Origin: Candidatus Babelota bacterium | Lineage (GTDB): Bacteria > Babelota > Babeliae > Babelales > JAUPTZ01 | DNA length: 64,000 bases | Reading direction: 5' to 3' | Assembly (NCBI GenBank): GCA_030917815.1 | Contig: JAUPTZ010000013.1 | Span: 3,109 to 67,108, forward strand | Shown here: positions 30,523 to 39,252 of the stretch, one piece after another | Numbering within the stretch: the first letter of the stretch is position 1 | How the letters are laid out: each line of letters opens with the position of its first letter | Translations under genes and position numbers: made by a program | The notes under the pieces: generated by a model | Databases searched by the model: none | The model's input: only the letters and a program-made list of their open reading frames with translations | Told to the model about the DNA's origin: nothing

Positions 30523-30765
30523 ATGTTTTACGTCTATTTAATCAGATCAATTAATTTCCCTGAACTCACGTATATCGGCTTCACTCTCAATCTTAATACA
30601 CGCGTCACAGCACATAACAATGGCGAAGCCATTCATACTTCAAAGTACAAACCGTGGAAACTTGAAATGTATTGTGCATTCATTGATGAAGTAAAAGCAA
30701 AAGCATTCGAGAGATACTTGAAATCTGGCTCAGGAAGAGCGTTTGCAAAAAAACACTTATGGTAA
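30523..30765 (+). CDS. Small stand-alone GIY-YIG nuclease-domain protein
   Basis: 80 aa: MFYVYLIRS...TYIGFTLNLNTRVTAHN...KAFERYLKSGSGRAF (GIY...YIG, R, E pattern). The ATG at 30523 is preceded by AAGGGA. The upstream part of the track ORF covers repeat DNA. Confidence 0.75.
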   Translation: MFYVYLIRSINFPELTYIGFTLNLNTRVTAHNNGEAIHTSKYKPWKLEMYCAFIDEVKAKAFERYLKSGSGRAFAKKHLW

Positions 30766-30789
30766 AAGCCTCGCGGATGCCCCTACCCA

Positions 30790-31005
30790 CTAATACAGAG
30801 CCGCTATTCCACTCAGCATTCCCAAAGCCATCAATGCCCACATCAATCGCCACCACAATAGTGATGCTCCCCTAGCTTTGCCACTAATGTGACAAACTAC
30901 AAAGACTCCAACAAAACATACGAAGCTAAAAACAAGAAAAGCCGTAGAGTACGGGCCAGCGTAGCAACCGGCAGGACGAAAAATCGGTATAAAATACATT
31001 GCCAA
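30790..31005 (-). CDS. Small two-TM membrane protein
   Basis: 71 aa with two hydrophobic helices. Starts 2 nt after the preceding gene's stop. Confidence 0.45.
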   Translation of the reverse strand: MAMYFIPIFRPAGCYAGPYSTAFLVFSFVCFVGVFVVCHISGKARGASLLWWRLMWALMALGMLSGIAALY

Positions 31006-31007
31006 GC

Positions 31008-31271
31008 CTAATGAAAAAACTCACGAACAATGAAGTCAATCATACCAAACGCAGCCATCACACCGTAGACAAAAATAATACTCCCAAGCCACTCAAGGCC
31101 AATCGCAAGCCTCATAAGCCGCCGCCTACGCAGACCAGTTGCCCTTTGTGCTGCATACCAAAGAATAAAAAGCGACAGCCCCAGGCATAGCGCCGTAGCC
31201 ACCACCACGTGGTAGGCATAGGGCCACGAGAAGAACATCGTACTTTGCGCCACAGAGCATTTTTCCGCCAT
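31008..31271 (-). CDS. Small membrane protein
   Basis: About 87 aa with 2-3 hydrophobic helices. The ATG at 31271 overlaps the upstream TAA (TAATG). Confidence 0.5.
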   Translation of the reverse strand: MAEKCSVAQSTMFFSWPYAYHVVVATALCLGLSLFILWYAAQRATGLRRRRLMRLAIGLEWLGSIIFVYGVMAAFGMIDFIVREFFH

Positions 31272-32023
31272 TATCTCACCCTCCAAAACCATTTACTCGT
31301 CGAATCGGACTGCACTACTCGTACGTAAAACGTATGAAGCATTGCCACAAAAAAGAGATATAAAATCATTGATACGCCATATTTCGTTGCATATGGCACA
31401 AAATAATGCTCATCAAGCGGCGTCAGATTCCATATCAAAGCATGGAGCTCAAACAAGAGGCCATGGGCCGCTCCAACACAAAGTAAAAACGGTGCATACA
31501 TAAGGTTGAGTATCAACCCATTATATATTGAGTAGAAAAAGCTCTTAAGAGAATACTGAGCATCGAACAAAAAGAAGCTTATCAGCCAAAAAACCGGAAT
31601 CGTATAAATCTGCGGCACTACAAAAAAGAGTAGCGCATAGAATGGCAAGCGCGCACTGTAGCGGATGAAGTAGCCAGCTGTTTTTGCTTCTAGTGAAGAA
31701 CGCACACTGAGCATCATCACAAATGAAACGATCATAAGACTGCAGAGATAAATTCGCGGCGCAGCACCAATGCCATAGTACATCGGGGTAAAATATTCCC
31801 AGAAATGAGAAAAAAGACCGGTACCATCGATATAAAGGTCGACATAACCTGTCCACAGAAGCAACCACCAAGAGAAGTAACAAAGCAGCAGGCTGGAACT
31901 GCGCACAAGCGTATTAAGCGACGCAAGAGAAAGCATAGTCAGCTCTTTCGGCTCGAACAGATCAATTGAGGCATACCACTTATGCAAGAGTGTTTTTAAA
32001 AAGCCGGTTTGTGCGCGATGCAT
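31271..32023 (-). CDS. Polytopic membrane protein, unknown function
   Basis: 250-aa ORF, aromatic-rich, with about 6 TM segments. Confidence 0.6.
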   Translation of the reverse strand: MHRAQTGFLKTLLHKWYASIDLFEPKELTMLSLASLNTLVRSSSLLLCYFSWWLLLWTGYVDLYIDGTGLFSHFWEYFTPMYYGIGAAPRIYLCSLMIVSFVMMLSVRSSLEAKTAGYFIRYSARLPFYALLFFVVPQIYTIPVFWLISFFLFDAQYSLKSFFYSIYNGLILNLMYAPFLLCVGAAHGLLFELHALIWNLTPLDEHYFVPYATKYGVSMILYLFFVAMLHTFYVRVVQSDSTSKWFWRVR

Positions 32024-32180
32024 ATCTTGTCCCTTCTGCCAAACGATTAGTACTCATACTCAGACAACTAGTACACCATAAAAAACCTGTCCAAGGCAAC
32101 TCCAGCTTCAGTAACAAGACACTAGGATGACTCTGATTTGACATTCTCAAACCGATACAATCGCTCAGCATAACAATATA

Positions 32181-33326
32181 TTAGACAAGCGGTTCATTCT
32201 CAGCACCTTCGACAACCGCTCCTTCATCAATACTATGAATAGCGAGAGCAAGGGCCAACACAGCCTCAGCGCAAGCTGGACTATCCAGAAGGTTTTTTTC
32301 AACAATAGCAAAAAGAGCATCGACTAACTGCTGCCTACTCATCCCTGCGGCCAACTGCCCTGCAATCGGTTCAAGCAATAAAAATAACGCTGAATCCTCT
32401 ATGGAAAGGTCACCCTTAACCAGGCCATAAAGCGCCATAATATCATCTAGGCTTTTTGGCATATCGTGCTGAACACCCTCCCCTAAGACAGATCGACAGG
32501 AAAAACTCGATATATGTTTTTCATATTGCTCTGCGAGTTGAGACATAAGATCCTCTCGTCCTAATCCATTGAATGCTGGGTCAAGAGTGGCCACAAGAAA
32601 ATTAGTTTCTCTTATCTGCAAAAAAATAAGCATCTTAATGTGACGAATAAAAGACTCAGAATGGTAAAACAAATCCTCACACACGGTGGTTAAATACTTA
32701 GTATGACAAATAAGCCACGGCGCAAAAAATCCGGTAAAATAATAGGGAATATAAATAGCCCCACCAAAAACAAAATAAGATATCAACGAGCAGACCGCAA
32801 AAAAAATTCTCTCTTGGTCAGAATCAGGCATTTCCCCCAGCTCCTGCAGTACTCTCCCATCCTGAAAAAGCTTTCTATACCGGGACGGATAATAAATGAA
32901 ATATTTCTCACCAATTTTTAATGGCTCTGCATATTTTTCTTGAACGCTAATTGTATCAATCGACAAAACACAATCTGATTCTGAATCACTCTCTTCCTCT
33001 GAGGCTGATTCAGAATCAGAATCAATGCCATCAAAAGAGTGTTTGATCATCTGAACACTCCTTGCTTCAAGTATTTTCTTATATTTTTCAGTCAGCGCCA
33101 CGGTAGAAAATAAAGCCTCTACACAACCATCAGCAGAACGATTTATCCGAACATTAAGGCACCCATGAGACTCACGCTTTACCAGCAACTGCTCATTACG
33201 ACCAAGAGCAAGAGTATACAGAGAGGAATTGCTTCCAACCTCACCTAAGTCAACACTAGAGACATTAAAACTAATCCCACAGAGACTTATACAGAAAACA
33301 TACCACATACTATTATTTAGAAACAT
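32181..33326 (-). CDS. Hypothetical protein with acidic Ser-rich tract and a central hydrophobic hairpin
   Basis: 381 aa. Signal-like N-terminus, DGIDSDSESASEEESDSESD tract, and a roughly 40-aa hydrophobic segment FFAVCSLISYFVFGGAIYIPYYFTGFFAPWLI. Confidence 0.6.
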   Translation of the reverse strand: MFLNNSMWYVFCISLCGISFNVSSVDLGEVGSNSSLYTLALGRNEQLLVKRESHGCLNVRINRSADGCVEALFSTVALTEKYKKILEARSVQMIKHSFDGIDSDSESASEEESDSESDCVLSIDTISVQEKYAEPLKIGEKYFIYYPSRYRKLFQDGRVLQELGEMPDSDQERIFFAVCSLISYFVFGGAIYIPYYFTGFFAPWLICHTKYLTTVCEDLFYHSESFIRHIKMLIFLQIRETNFLVATLDPAFNGLGREDLMSQLAEQYEKHISSFSCRSVLGEGVQHDMPKSLDDIMALYGLVKGDLSIEDSALFLLLEPIAGQLAAGMSRQQLVDALFAIVEKNLLDSPACAEAVLALALAIHSIDEGAVVEGAENEPLV

Positions 33327-33408
33327 TTTACCCCCTTTTGTTTCATAAAATAATAACCATTCCGGACATTAATATTCAAGGCATACAAAAAAAGGGAGTG
33401 CAGGTCAT

Positions 33409-33437
33409 TTGACAATCCAAGGAGCATCAGCTAAAAG
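33409..33437 (+). promoter_or_regulatory. Sigma70-type promoter of the symporter gene
   Basis: TTGACA-17 nt-TAAAAG, 34 nt upstream of the ATG at 33471. Confidence 0.5.
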
Positions 33438-33470
33438 AATGCTTTCTTTTTTCCAGCACAAAGGCTTTAT

Positions 33471-34829
33471 ATGATCGCGCTTATTACCGCATTTATCCTC
33501 TATACGCTCATCCTTATTGGTATTGGCGCTTATGGCTACAAAAAAACCTTGGCCTCTGGTGATTTTGGCACCGGCAACCGCACCATGAACTACTGGATCA
33601 CCGCACTATCAGCCCTTGCTGCCGACATGGGCGTTTATCTCTTTTTTGGCTTGCCTGGCGCTGTCTATCTCTCAAGCACCGAATGTTGGACCGTTTTCGG
33701 CCTCGTCGGCGGGATGTGGGCAACCTGGCATTTCATTGCACCAAAACTCCGTACTCGAAGCGAAGAAAGCAACAGCAGCACCCTTACTCATTTCCTGTGC
33801 ACAACGGCCGGGGATACTCACGGGTACCTCACGATCGTTAGCTCAACATTACTTACCTTCTTCTTTATCTTTTACATTGCGGCCGCTTTTAGCGGTATTG
33901 GCAACATTATTGCCTACACCTTTGGGTCACCCTACTGGATTGGCGTCGTTGCAAGCGCCTGCATGGTTACCTTTTATATATCGGTTGGCGGCTATCTTAC
34001 CGTTGCGCTAGCCGACGCTTTTCAAGGTGTTTTTCTCCTCTCAATGGTAGTCATCGTCCCCCTTATTACCGCATGGAACTTAGCAAAAACCGGTGTTTTC
34101 TCAGGGCCGACTGACTACACTGCATTCACGCCGACAACGATCGGTATTGGCGCCGGTATAGCGGCTGCGGTCAATTGGGGTCTTGGCTACCTTGGTATGC
34201 CACATATTCTTACTAAATTTATGGGAATCGACTCGGTTAAGAACATGAAAAAAGCCCAGTACCTTGGGCTCTCTTTTCAAGCCATTGCGCTGAGTTCCTC
34301 GGCCATTATCGGCCTCCTCGCTCGCTCCTACTTCCACACCCCACCTGCATCGGCCGAAACTCTTTTTTTACATATGGTTATGGAGCAATGCGCGCCCCTG
34401 CTAGCCGGTTTCATTCTCTGCGCAGTTATGGCGGCCGCAATCTCATCGCTTGATGCACAACTTATTGTCTGCGCATCGGTTATTGCCCGAGATCTCTTTA
34501 AGGCAAAAAATGCTCATCAAGAAAAAATCATCACCCGCCTCAGCACGATGGCCATCGCAGCCATTGGGGTCTGCATTGCGCTCACAAACACAAGTACCAT
34601 GTATGCCATGGTCCGCTATGCCTGGTCAGGACTTGGCAGTACCTTTGGCCCACTCGTTGTCATGAGCCTTTATGCACCACAACAACTCACCACCCGAAGC
34701 GCACTGGCCGGCATATTAGTTGGTGGCCTCACTGCCGCCCTTTGGCCTTATTACGGACCATTTTTAGCAACGGCACCGCTTATTCCTGGCTTTTGTAGCG
34801 GCCTCTTTGTTATGTACGCCTTACCCTAG
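33471..34829 (+). CDS. Sodium:solute symporter family (SSF) transporter
   Basis: 452 aa with about 12-13 TM segments. The N-terminal pattern (YLILIGIGAYGYKKT..DF..GNR.M) is typical of PutP/PanF-like SSF proteins. The substrate cannot be called. Confidence 0.75.
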   Translation: MIALITAFILYTLILIGIGAYGYKKTLASGDFGTGNRTMNYWITALSALAADMGVYLFFGLPGAVYLSSTECWTVFGLVGGMWATWHFIAPKLRTRSEESNSSTLTHFLCTTAGDTHGYLTIVSSTLLTFFFIFYIAAAFSGIGNIIAYTFGSPYWIGVVASACMVTFYISVGGYLTVALADAFQGVFLLSMVVIVPLITAWNLAKTGVFSGPTDYTAFTPTTIGIGAGIAAAVNWGLGYLGMPHILTKFMGIDSVKNMKKAQYLGLSFQAIALSSSAIIGLLARSYFHTPPASAETLFLHMVMEQCAPLLAGFILCAVMAAAISSLDAQLIVCASVIARDLFKAKNAHQEKIITRLSTMAIAAIGVCIALTNTSTMYAMVRYAWSGLGSTFGPLVVMSLYAPQQLTTRSALAGILVGGLTAALWPYYGPFLATAPLIPGFCSGLFVMYALP

Positions 34830-36871
34830 TCGCTGTCTACTTTGTTCTTTCGGTACTGAGCGTATTTGTAGAGACCGGCCACTGCAAGCGCACCAGCAGT
34901 AGCAAGACCTGCATAGGCAAAGCCTTGGCCAACTTTTTGTGCGGTGCTCATGCCACCAGCTGCTTTATATGGCGTAAGTCCCCAAAAGGCATGCGCCTTA
35001 TCGGTAAAGCTTTTCTTAACATTGGCAGGAAGCACCCCAACTTCCGCATCATTGGCAATGGCAATCCCGGTTATCGGTGCGCGGCTAATAAATCCCGCAG
35101 TCGGGCTATCACGATCAAGAGATACCGGCACCACAATACCGTCCGGGGATGAACACCAATATTGAAACGGAGAATACGAGAATTGAGACTCTCGCGCATC
35201 CTTACCCCACCAATCATAATACGGTGGTGGATTAACTACAAAGCCACTTGGTATCAATAAAACCCCATCGTACGAAACCGCATGGTCAGCAGTTAAGAAT
35301 TTAACCTGAATCATCGCCCCTACATCACTAGGATTAGCCCACGTTGTTTTAAAATTCTTTATGCTTGTATCAATACCATCTTCAAGTACCGCACTCATTT
35401 CTTTTCCAAGCGCATAAAATGCCGACTCGGCTAAAACCATGGCATTCAACGGAAAAATTTGTACCTCCTCCCTTGCAAGTACCGTTACCTTATTAAGTGG
35501 ACGCATATAAAAAGCACATTGACCGCCAAAGAACTTCGCACTCGCCGCTATAACAAACCCACTTGCGTCGTACGAAAGCTGCAACTGCTGGTAAAGATCT
35601 TGCCGATCTTTATCAATCTTCTTCTGTTTATTTTGATCAGAATCGGAAACACCCACAAGTGCGAGATACGAAGATCGAAGGCTTTCTTGCTTATCTGCGG
35701 TAACCGGATACGCAAGCCCATCAACATATATCTGCCCTGATGGATTTAGTGCTGGATCAAAAAAAGCACCCCCTTGTATAGAAATTGAGGTCGCATCGGC
35801 CGAAAGTGCAAGACCAGCTGTCGTATTTTTCCACGCCGAAAACGCTGGCACAGTAGCGGTCACCGGACTGGTCAATGACAGCGCGATGAAGGTGGTATCG
35901 GTCGGCGTTGCACCACTAACTGCAAGATAATAATCGGCCAATTTCATACCAAAAGAGGTTGGCACGAATATCCGATGTGGCTGTGGTATTATGCCTGAAG
36001 AACTAGCGCTTATGCCATCATGCGACAGTTTATTAAGCCAATATTGCTTTACCGTAATCGGTGCCATGAGAGGATTCATTACTTGATAGATCATGCTTTG
36101 CGGGAGATTATAGGTAGTTGTTCCTATAGTTACCGCTACGGTCGCAGCGGTCGCTGTCGCAACGCTTACGGCAGCCAAAGTATTAGAAATCGTATACGAA
36201 CCAACCACCGGCTGAGGACTGACGTACCCATTTGCTCGAGCACCAATAATAGGGGCATTTTCCGGATTCGAGATATCAAATGCGAGACGCTTACACGGAT
36301 CCATAAGAATATCACAATCGAACGACGAGATCGGATAAGGCTTTGGCACATTCCCTGCCCCGATTGCCACCGCATCATATGCAATAGAGGTCTCATTACC
36401 GCCGGTTGCAAAAGCCTGCAATGCAACAGCCCCCGACGGATATTTTACGCAGACCAAATAATTATCACCATGAATCCACATTCGCGTACGACCATCGGTG
36501 GCAAGCCCAACCCCACTTACATCTACCCAGCGACTCCCATCAAATACCACCGCCAAATAGACCGTTGTCATAACTTGCTTGCCGCTAATCAGTTGTGGTG
36601 TACCATCAGCGTTGTACCAGGCAACCTCTGCCGCATAGTAATACGGCGCAACAAAAATAGGGCTTCCCCCGGGCGGAGAGAGCACTGCTTTACGAAGCGT
36701 GAATAGTGAAAGTTCACCAACCTGATAGATCGGCGCACTCTTACCAGGAGCGAGCTGTGGGGTAATGGCAATCTTCCTCTCTACAAAATCATCAGCAGAA
36801 AGCCACCCACCACCGGAAACAATACAGAGAACTAGAAAACTTTTAAGAACTTTATGTCGCACAGAATACAT
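34826..36871 (-). CDS. Large signal-peptide protein with C-terminal TM anchor, paralog 1
   Basis: 681 aa. N-terminal hydrophobic signal, then C-terminal GFAYAGLATAGALAVAGLYKYAQYRKNK. Roughly three quarters identical to the next gene. Confidence 0.75.
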   Translation of the reverse strand: MYSVRHKVLKSFLVLCIVSGGGWLSADDFVERKIAITPQLAPGKSAPIYQVGELSLFTLRKAVLSPPGGSPIFVAPYYYAAEVAWYNADGTPQLISGKQVMTTVYLAVVFDGSRWVDVSGVGLATDGRTRMWIHGDNYLVCVKYPSGAVALQAFATGGNETSIAYDAVAIGAGNVPKPYPISSFDCDILMDPCKRLAFDISNPENAPIIGARANGYVSPQPVVGSYTISNTLAAVSVATATAATVAVTIGTTTYNLPQSMIYQVMNPLMAPITVKQYWLNKLSHDGISASSSGIIPQPHRIFVPTSFGMKLADYYLAVSGATPTDTTFIALSLTSPVTATVPAFSAWKNTTAGLALSADATSISIQGGAFFDPALNPSGQIYVDGLAYPVTADKQESLRSSYLALVGVSDSDQNKQKKIDKDRQDLYQQLQLSYDASGFVIAASAKFFGGQCAFYMRPLNKVTVLAREEVQIFPLNAMVLAESAFYALGKEMSAVLEDGIDTSIKNFKTTWANPSDVGAMIQVKFLTADHAVSYDGVLLIPSGFVVNPPPYYDWWGKDARESQFSYSPFQYWCSSPDGIVVPVSLDRDSPTAGFISRAPITGIAIANDAEVGVLPANVKKSFTDKAHAFWGLTPYKAAGGMSTAQKVGQGFAYAGLATAGALAVAGLYKYAQYRKNKVDSD

Positions 36872-36928
36872 TGCATTGACCTTTCAAATATCAGGGTAAT
36901 TTTCTCGAAGCGTACTAGTAGGCATACC

Positions 36929-39022
36929 CTAATATCCGTCTGCTTTTCGTTGTCGATACTGGGCGTATTTGTAGAAAGCAGTCAACGCAAGCGCACCGCC
37001 GGCAGCAATACCTGCATAGGCAAAGCCTTGGCCAACTTTTTGTGCGGTGCTCATACCCGCTGCTGCTTTAGTTTCTTCTTTATACGGAGTCAATCCCCAA
37101 AAGTCATGCGCCTTATCGGTAAAATTTTTCTTGAGATCGGCAGAAAGCGCAGTGACTTCCGCATCATCAGCAATAGCAAGACCGGTTATCGTCGACCCGC
37201 TAAAATCAGCAGACAACTGCGACACAACGCCACCCGATGGCGAATACCAGCATTGAAGACATAACGGCGCCATATCATAACGATAATATGGTACCGGATT
37301 AGCTACAAAGCCACCTCTCGTCACTAAAATTCCATCGTACGACACCGCAGCATCGGCGGTCAAAAATTTAACTTGGATCATCGCACCTACTTTACTTGCG
37401 TCGGCCCAGACTTTTTTAAGATTTTTTGCGCTCGTATCGATACCGTCCTCAAGTACCGCATTCATTCCTTTGCCAAGCGCATAAAATGCCGACTCGGCTA
37501 GAGCTACCGCATTCAACGGATTTTGTAGTACCTGATCCCTTGCAAGTACCGTTACCTTATTAAGTGGGCGCATATAAAAACCACATTGACCGGTAAAAAA
37601 TTGTGCACTTGCTGCTATAACAAACCCACTAGCATCGTATGTAAGCTGCAACTGCTGGTAAAGGTCTTGACGATCTTTATCAATCTTTTTCTGTTTATCC
37701 GGATCAGAATCTGAAACACCCACTAGTGCGAGATACGAAGATCGAAGGCTTTCTTGCTTGTCTACGGTAACGGGATAGGCAAACCCATCAACATACATCT
37801 GCCCTGATGGCCTTAATGTCGGATCAAAAAAAGCGCCTCCCTGTATCGAGATTGAGGTCGCATCGGCTGAAAGCGCAAGCCCAGATGCAGTGTTTTTCCA
37901 CGCTGAAAAAGCTGGCACGGTAGCGGTCATCGGACTGGTCAGTGATAACGCGATAAAAGTAGTATCGGCAGGCGTTGCACCACTAACCGCAAGATAATAA
38001 TCGGCTAACTTCATATCAAAAGCAGTGGGGACACACGCCTTAAATGGCTGTGGAGTTACGACGGGGGAACTAGCGGGCAAGGTACCTGCCGAAGAAACAG
38101 CACTTATGCCACCATGCGATAACGTATTAAGCCAATATTGCTCTACTGTAAGCGGCGTTGCTGCCACTGGAGTTTTCGACCCGGCAGCCGGTGTAGCGGC
38201 TATCGACGTTGTGAGAGGATTCATTACTTGATAGATCATGCTTTGCGGAAGATTATAAGTAGTTGTTCCTATAGTTACCGCTACAGTAGCAGCGGTCGCT
38301 GTCGCAACGCTTACTGCAGCCAAAGTATTGGAAATAGTATACGAACCAATCACCGGCTGAGGACCGGCGTACCCATTTGCTTGAGTTTCAATAATAGTGC
38401 GACCGCACGATCCATCAGTATTAAAAAACGTAGCCGGCAGTGTAAGGACATCAAGATCTAACGAAGAAATCGTATAAGGCTTCGGCACATTTGCTGTACC
38501 AATTGCTACGGCATCATATGCAATAGAGGTCTCATCACCACCGGTTGCAAAAGCCCGCAATGAAACAACCCCTGAGGCACTCTTTGAGCAAACCACATAG
38601 TTATCACTATGGGTCCACGTCCGCGTAACACCATCGGGTGCAAAGCCAACCCCACTCACATCTTTCCAGGTGCGTAGAGACGTATCATACATCAACGCCA
38701 AATAGACCGTTGTCGTAACCTGCTTACCACTAATAAGTTTTGGTGTACCACCAGTGTTGTACCAGGTCACCTCTGCCGCATAGTAATACGGCGCAACAAA
38801 TATAGGACTCCCCCCGGCCGGAGAGAGCACCGCTTTACGAAGCGTAAATAGTGAAAGTTCTCCAATACTCAGCTGCGTCATCTTACCGGGAGCGGCCGGT
38901 AGCTGCGGTACCGACACCGAAATTTTCCTCTCCACAAAGTCATCGGCAGAAAGCCAACCACCACCAAAAACAATACCGAAAAATAGAAAACTTTTGAGGA
39001 GCTTATGTCGCACACAATACAT
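36929..39022 (-). CDS. Large signal-peptide protein with C-terminal TM anchor, paralog 2
   Basis: 697 aa with the same architecture. The leader sequence (tttgaaaggtc.atgc.ATGta) is shared with paralog 1. Confidence 0.75.
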   Translation of the reverse strand: MYCVRHKLLKSFLFFGIVFGGGWLSADDFVERKISVSVPQLPAAPGKMTQLSIGELSLFTLRKAVLSPAGGSPIFVAPYYYAAEVTWYNTGGTPKLISGKQVTTTVYLALMYDTSLRTWKDVSGVGFAPDGVTRTWTHSDNYVVCSKSASGVVSLRAFATGGDETSIAYDAVAIGTANVPKPYTISSLDLDVLTLPATFFNTDGSCGRTIIETQANGYAGPQPVIGSYTISNTLAAVSVATATAATVAVTIGTTTYNLPQSMIYQVMNPLTTSIAATPAAGSKTPVAATPLTVEQYWLNTLSHGGISAVSSAGTLPASSPVVTPQPFKACVPTAFDMKLADYYLAVSGATPADTTFIALSLTSPMTATVPAFSAWKNTASGLALSADATSISIQGGAFFDPTLRPSGQMYVDGFAYPVTVDKQESLRSSYLALVGVSDSDPDKQKKIDKDRQDLYQQLQLTYDASGFVIAASAQFFTGQCGFYMRPLNKVTVLARDQVLQNPLNAVALAESAFYALGKGMNAVLEDGIDTSAKNLKKVWADASKVGAMIQVKFLTADAAVSYDGILVTRGGFVANPVPYYRYDMAPLCLQCWYSPSGGVVSQLSADFSGSTITGLAIADDAEVTALSADLKKNFTDKAHDFWGLTPYKEETKAAAGMSTAQKVGQGFAYAGIAAGGALALTAFYKYAQYRQRKADGY

Positions 39023-39153
39023 CGCATGGACCTTTCAAACATCGGGGAAACTTTTACCTATAGATCTCAATTATTTACTAAAGCGCTACCGTTAAATACA
39101 ACAAAATAGATACTCTTCAGCAGAGCACGTTCGACAGAGAAATCAATATAAAG

Positions 39154-39181
39154 TTGACAAAGCTGCGAGAGATGGTAAAAA
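39154..39181 (+). promoter_or_regulatory. Sigma70-type promoter of topA
   Basis: TTGACA-16 nt-TAAAAA with TG at the extended -10 position (TGGTAAAAA). Confidence 0.45.
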
Positions 39182-39252
39182 AATACCTCACATTACATTT
39201 CACCTTTTATGCGACAATACGTCCCATTTTTCACTTGTATTAGGTAACACAC

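Noticed and set aside
36020-36706. 228-aa plus-strand ORF (and 36854-37264, 38138-38461)
   Set aside because: It is antisense to the large paralog genes, with an Arg/Ile/Cys-rich composition typical of an out-of-frame reading of the opposite strand.
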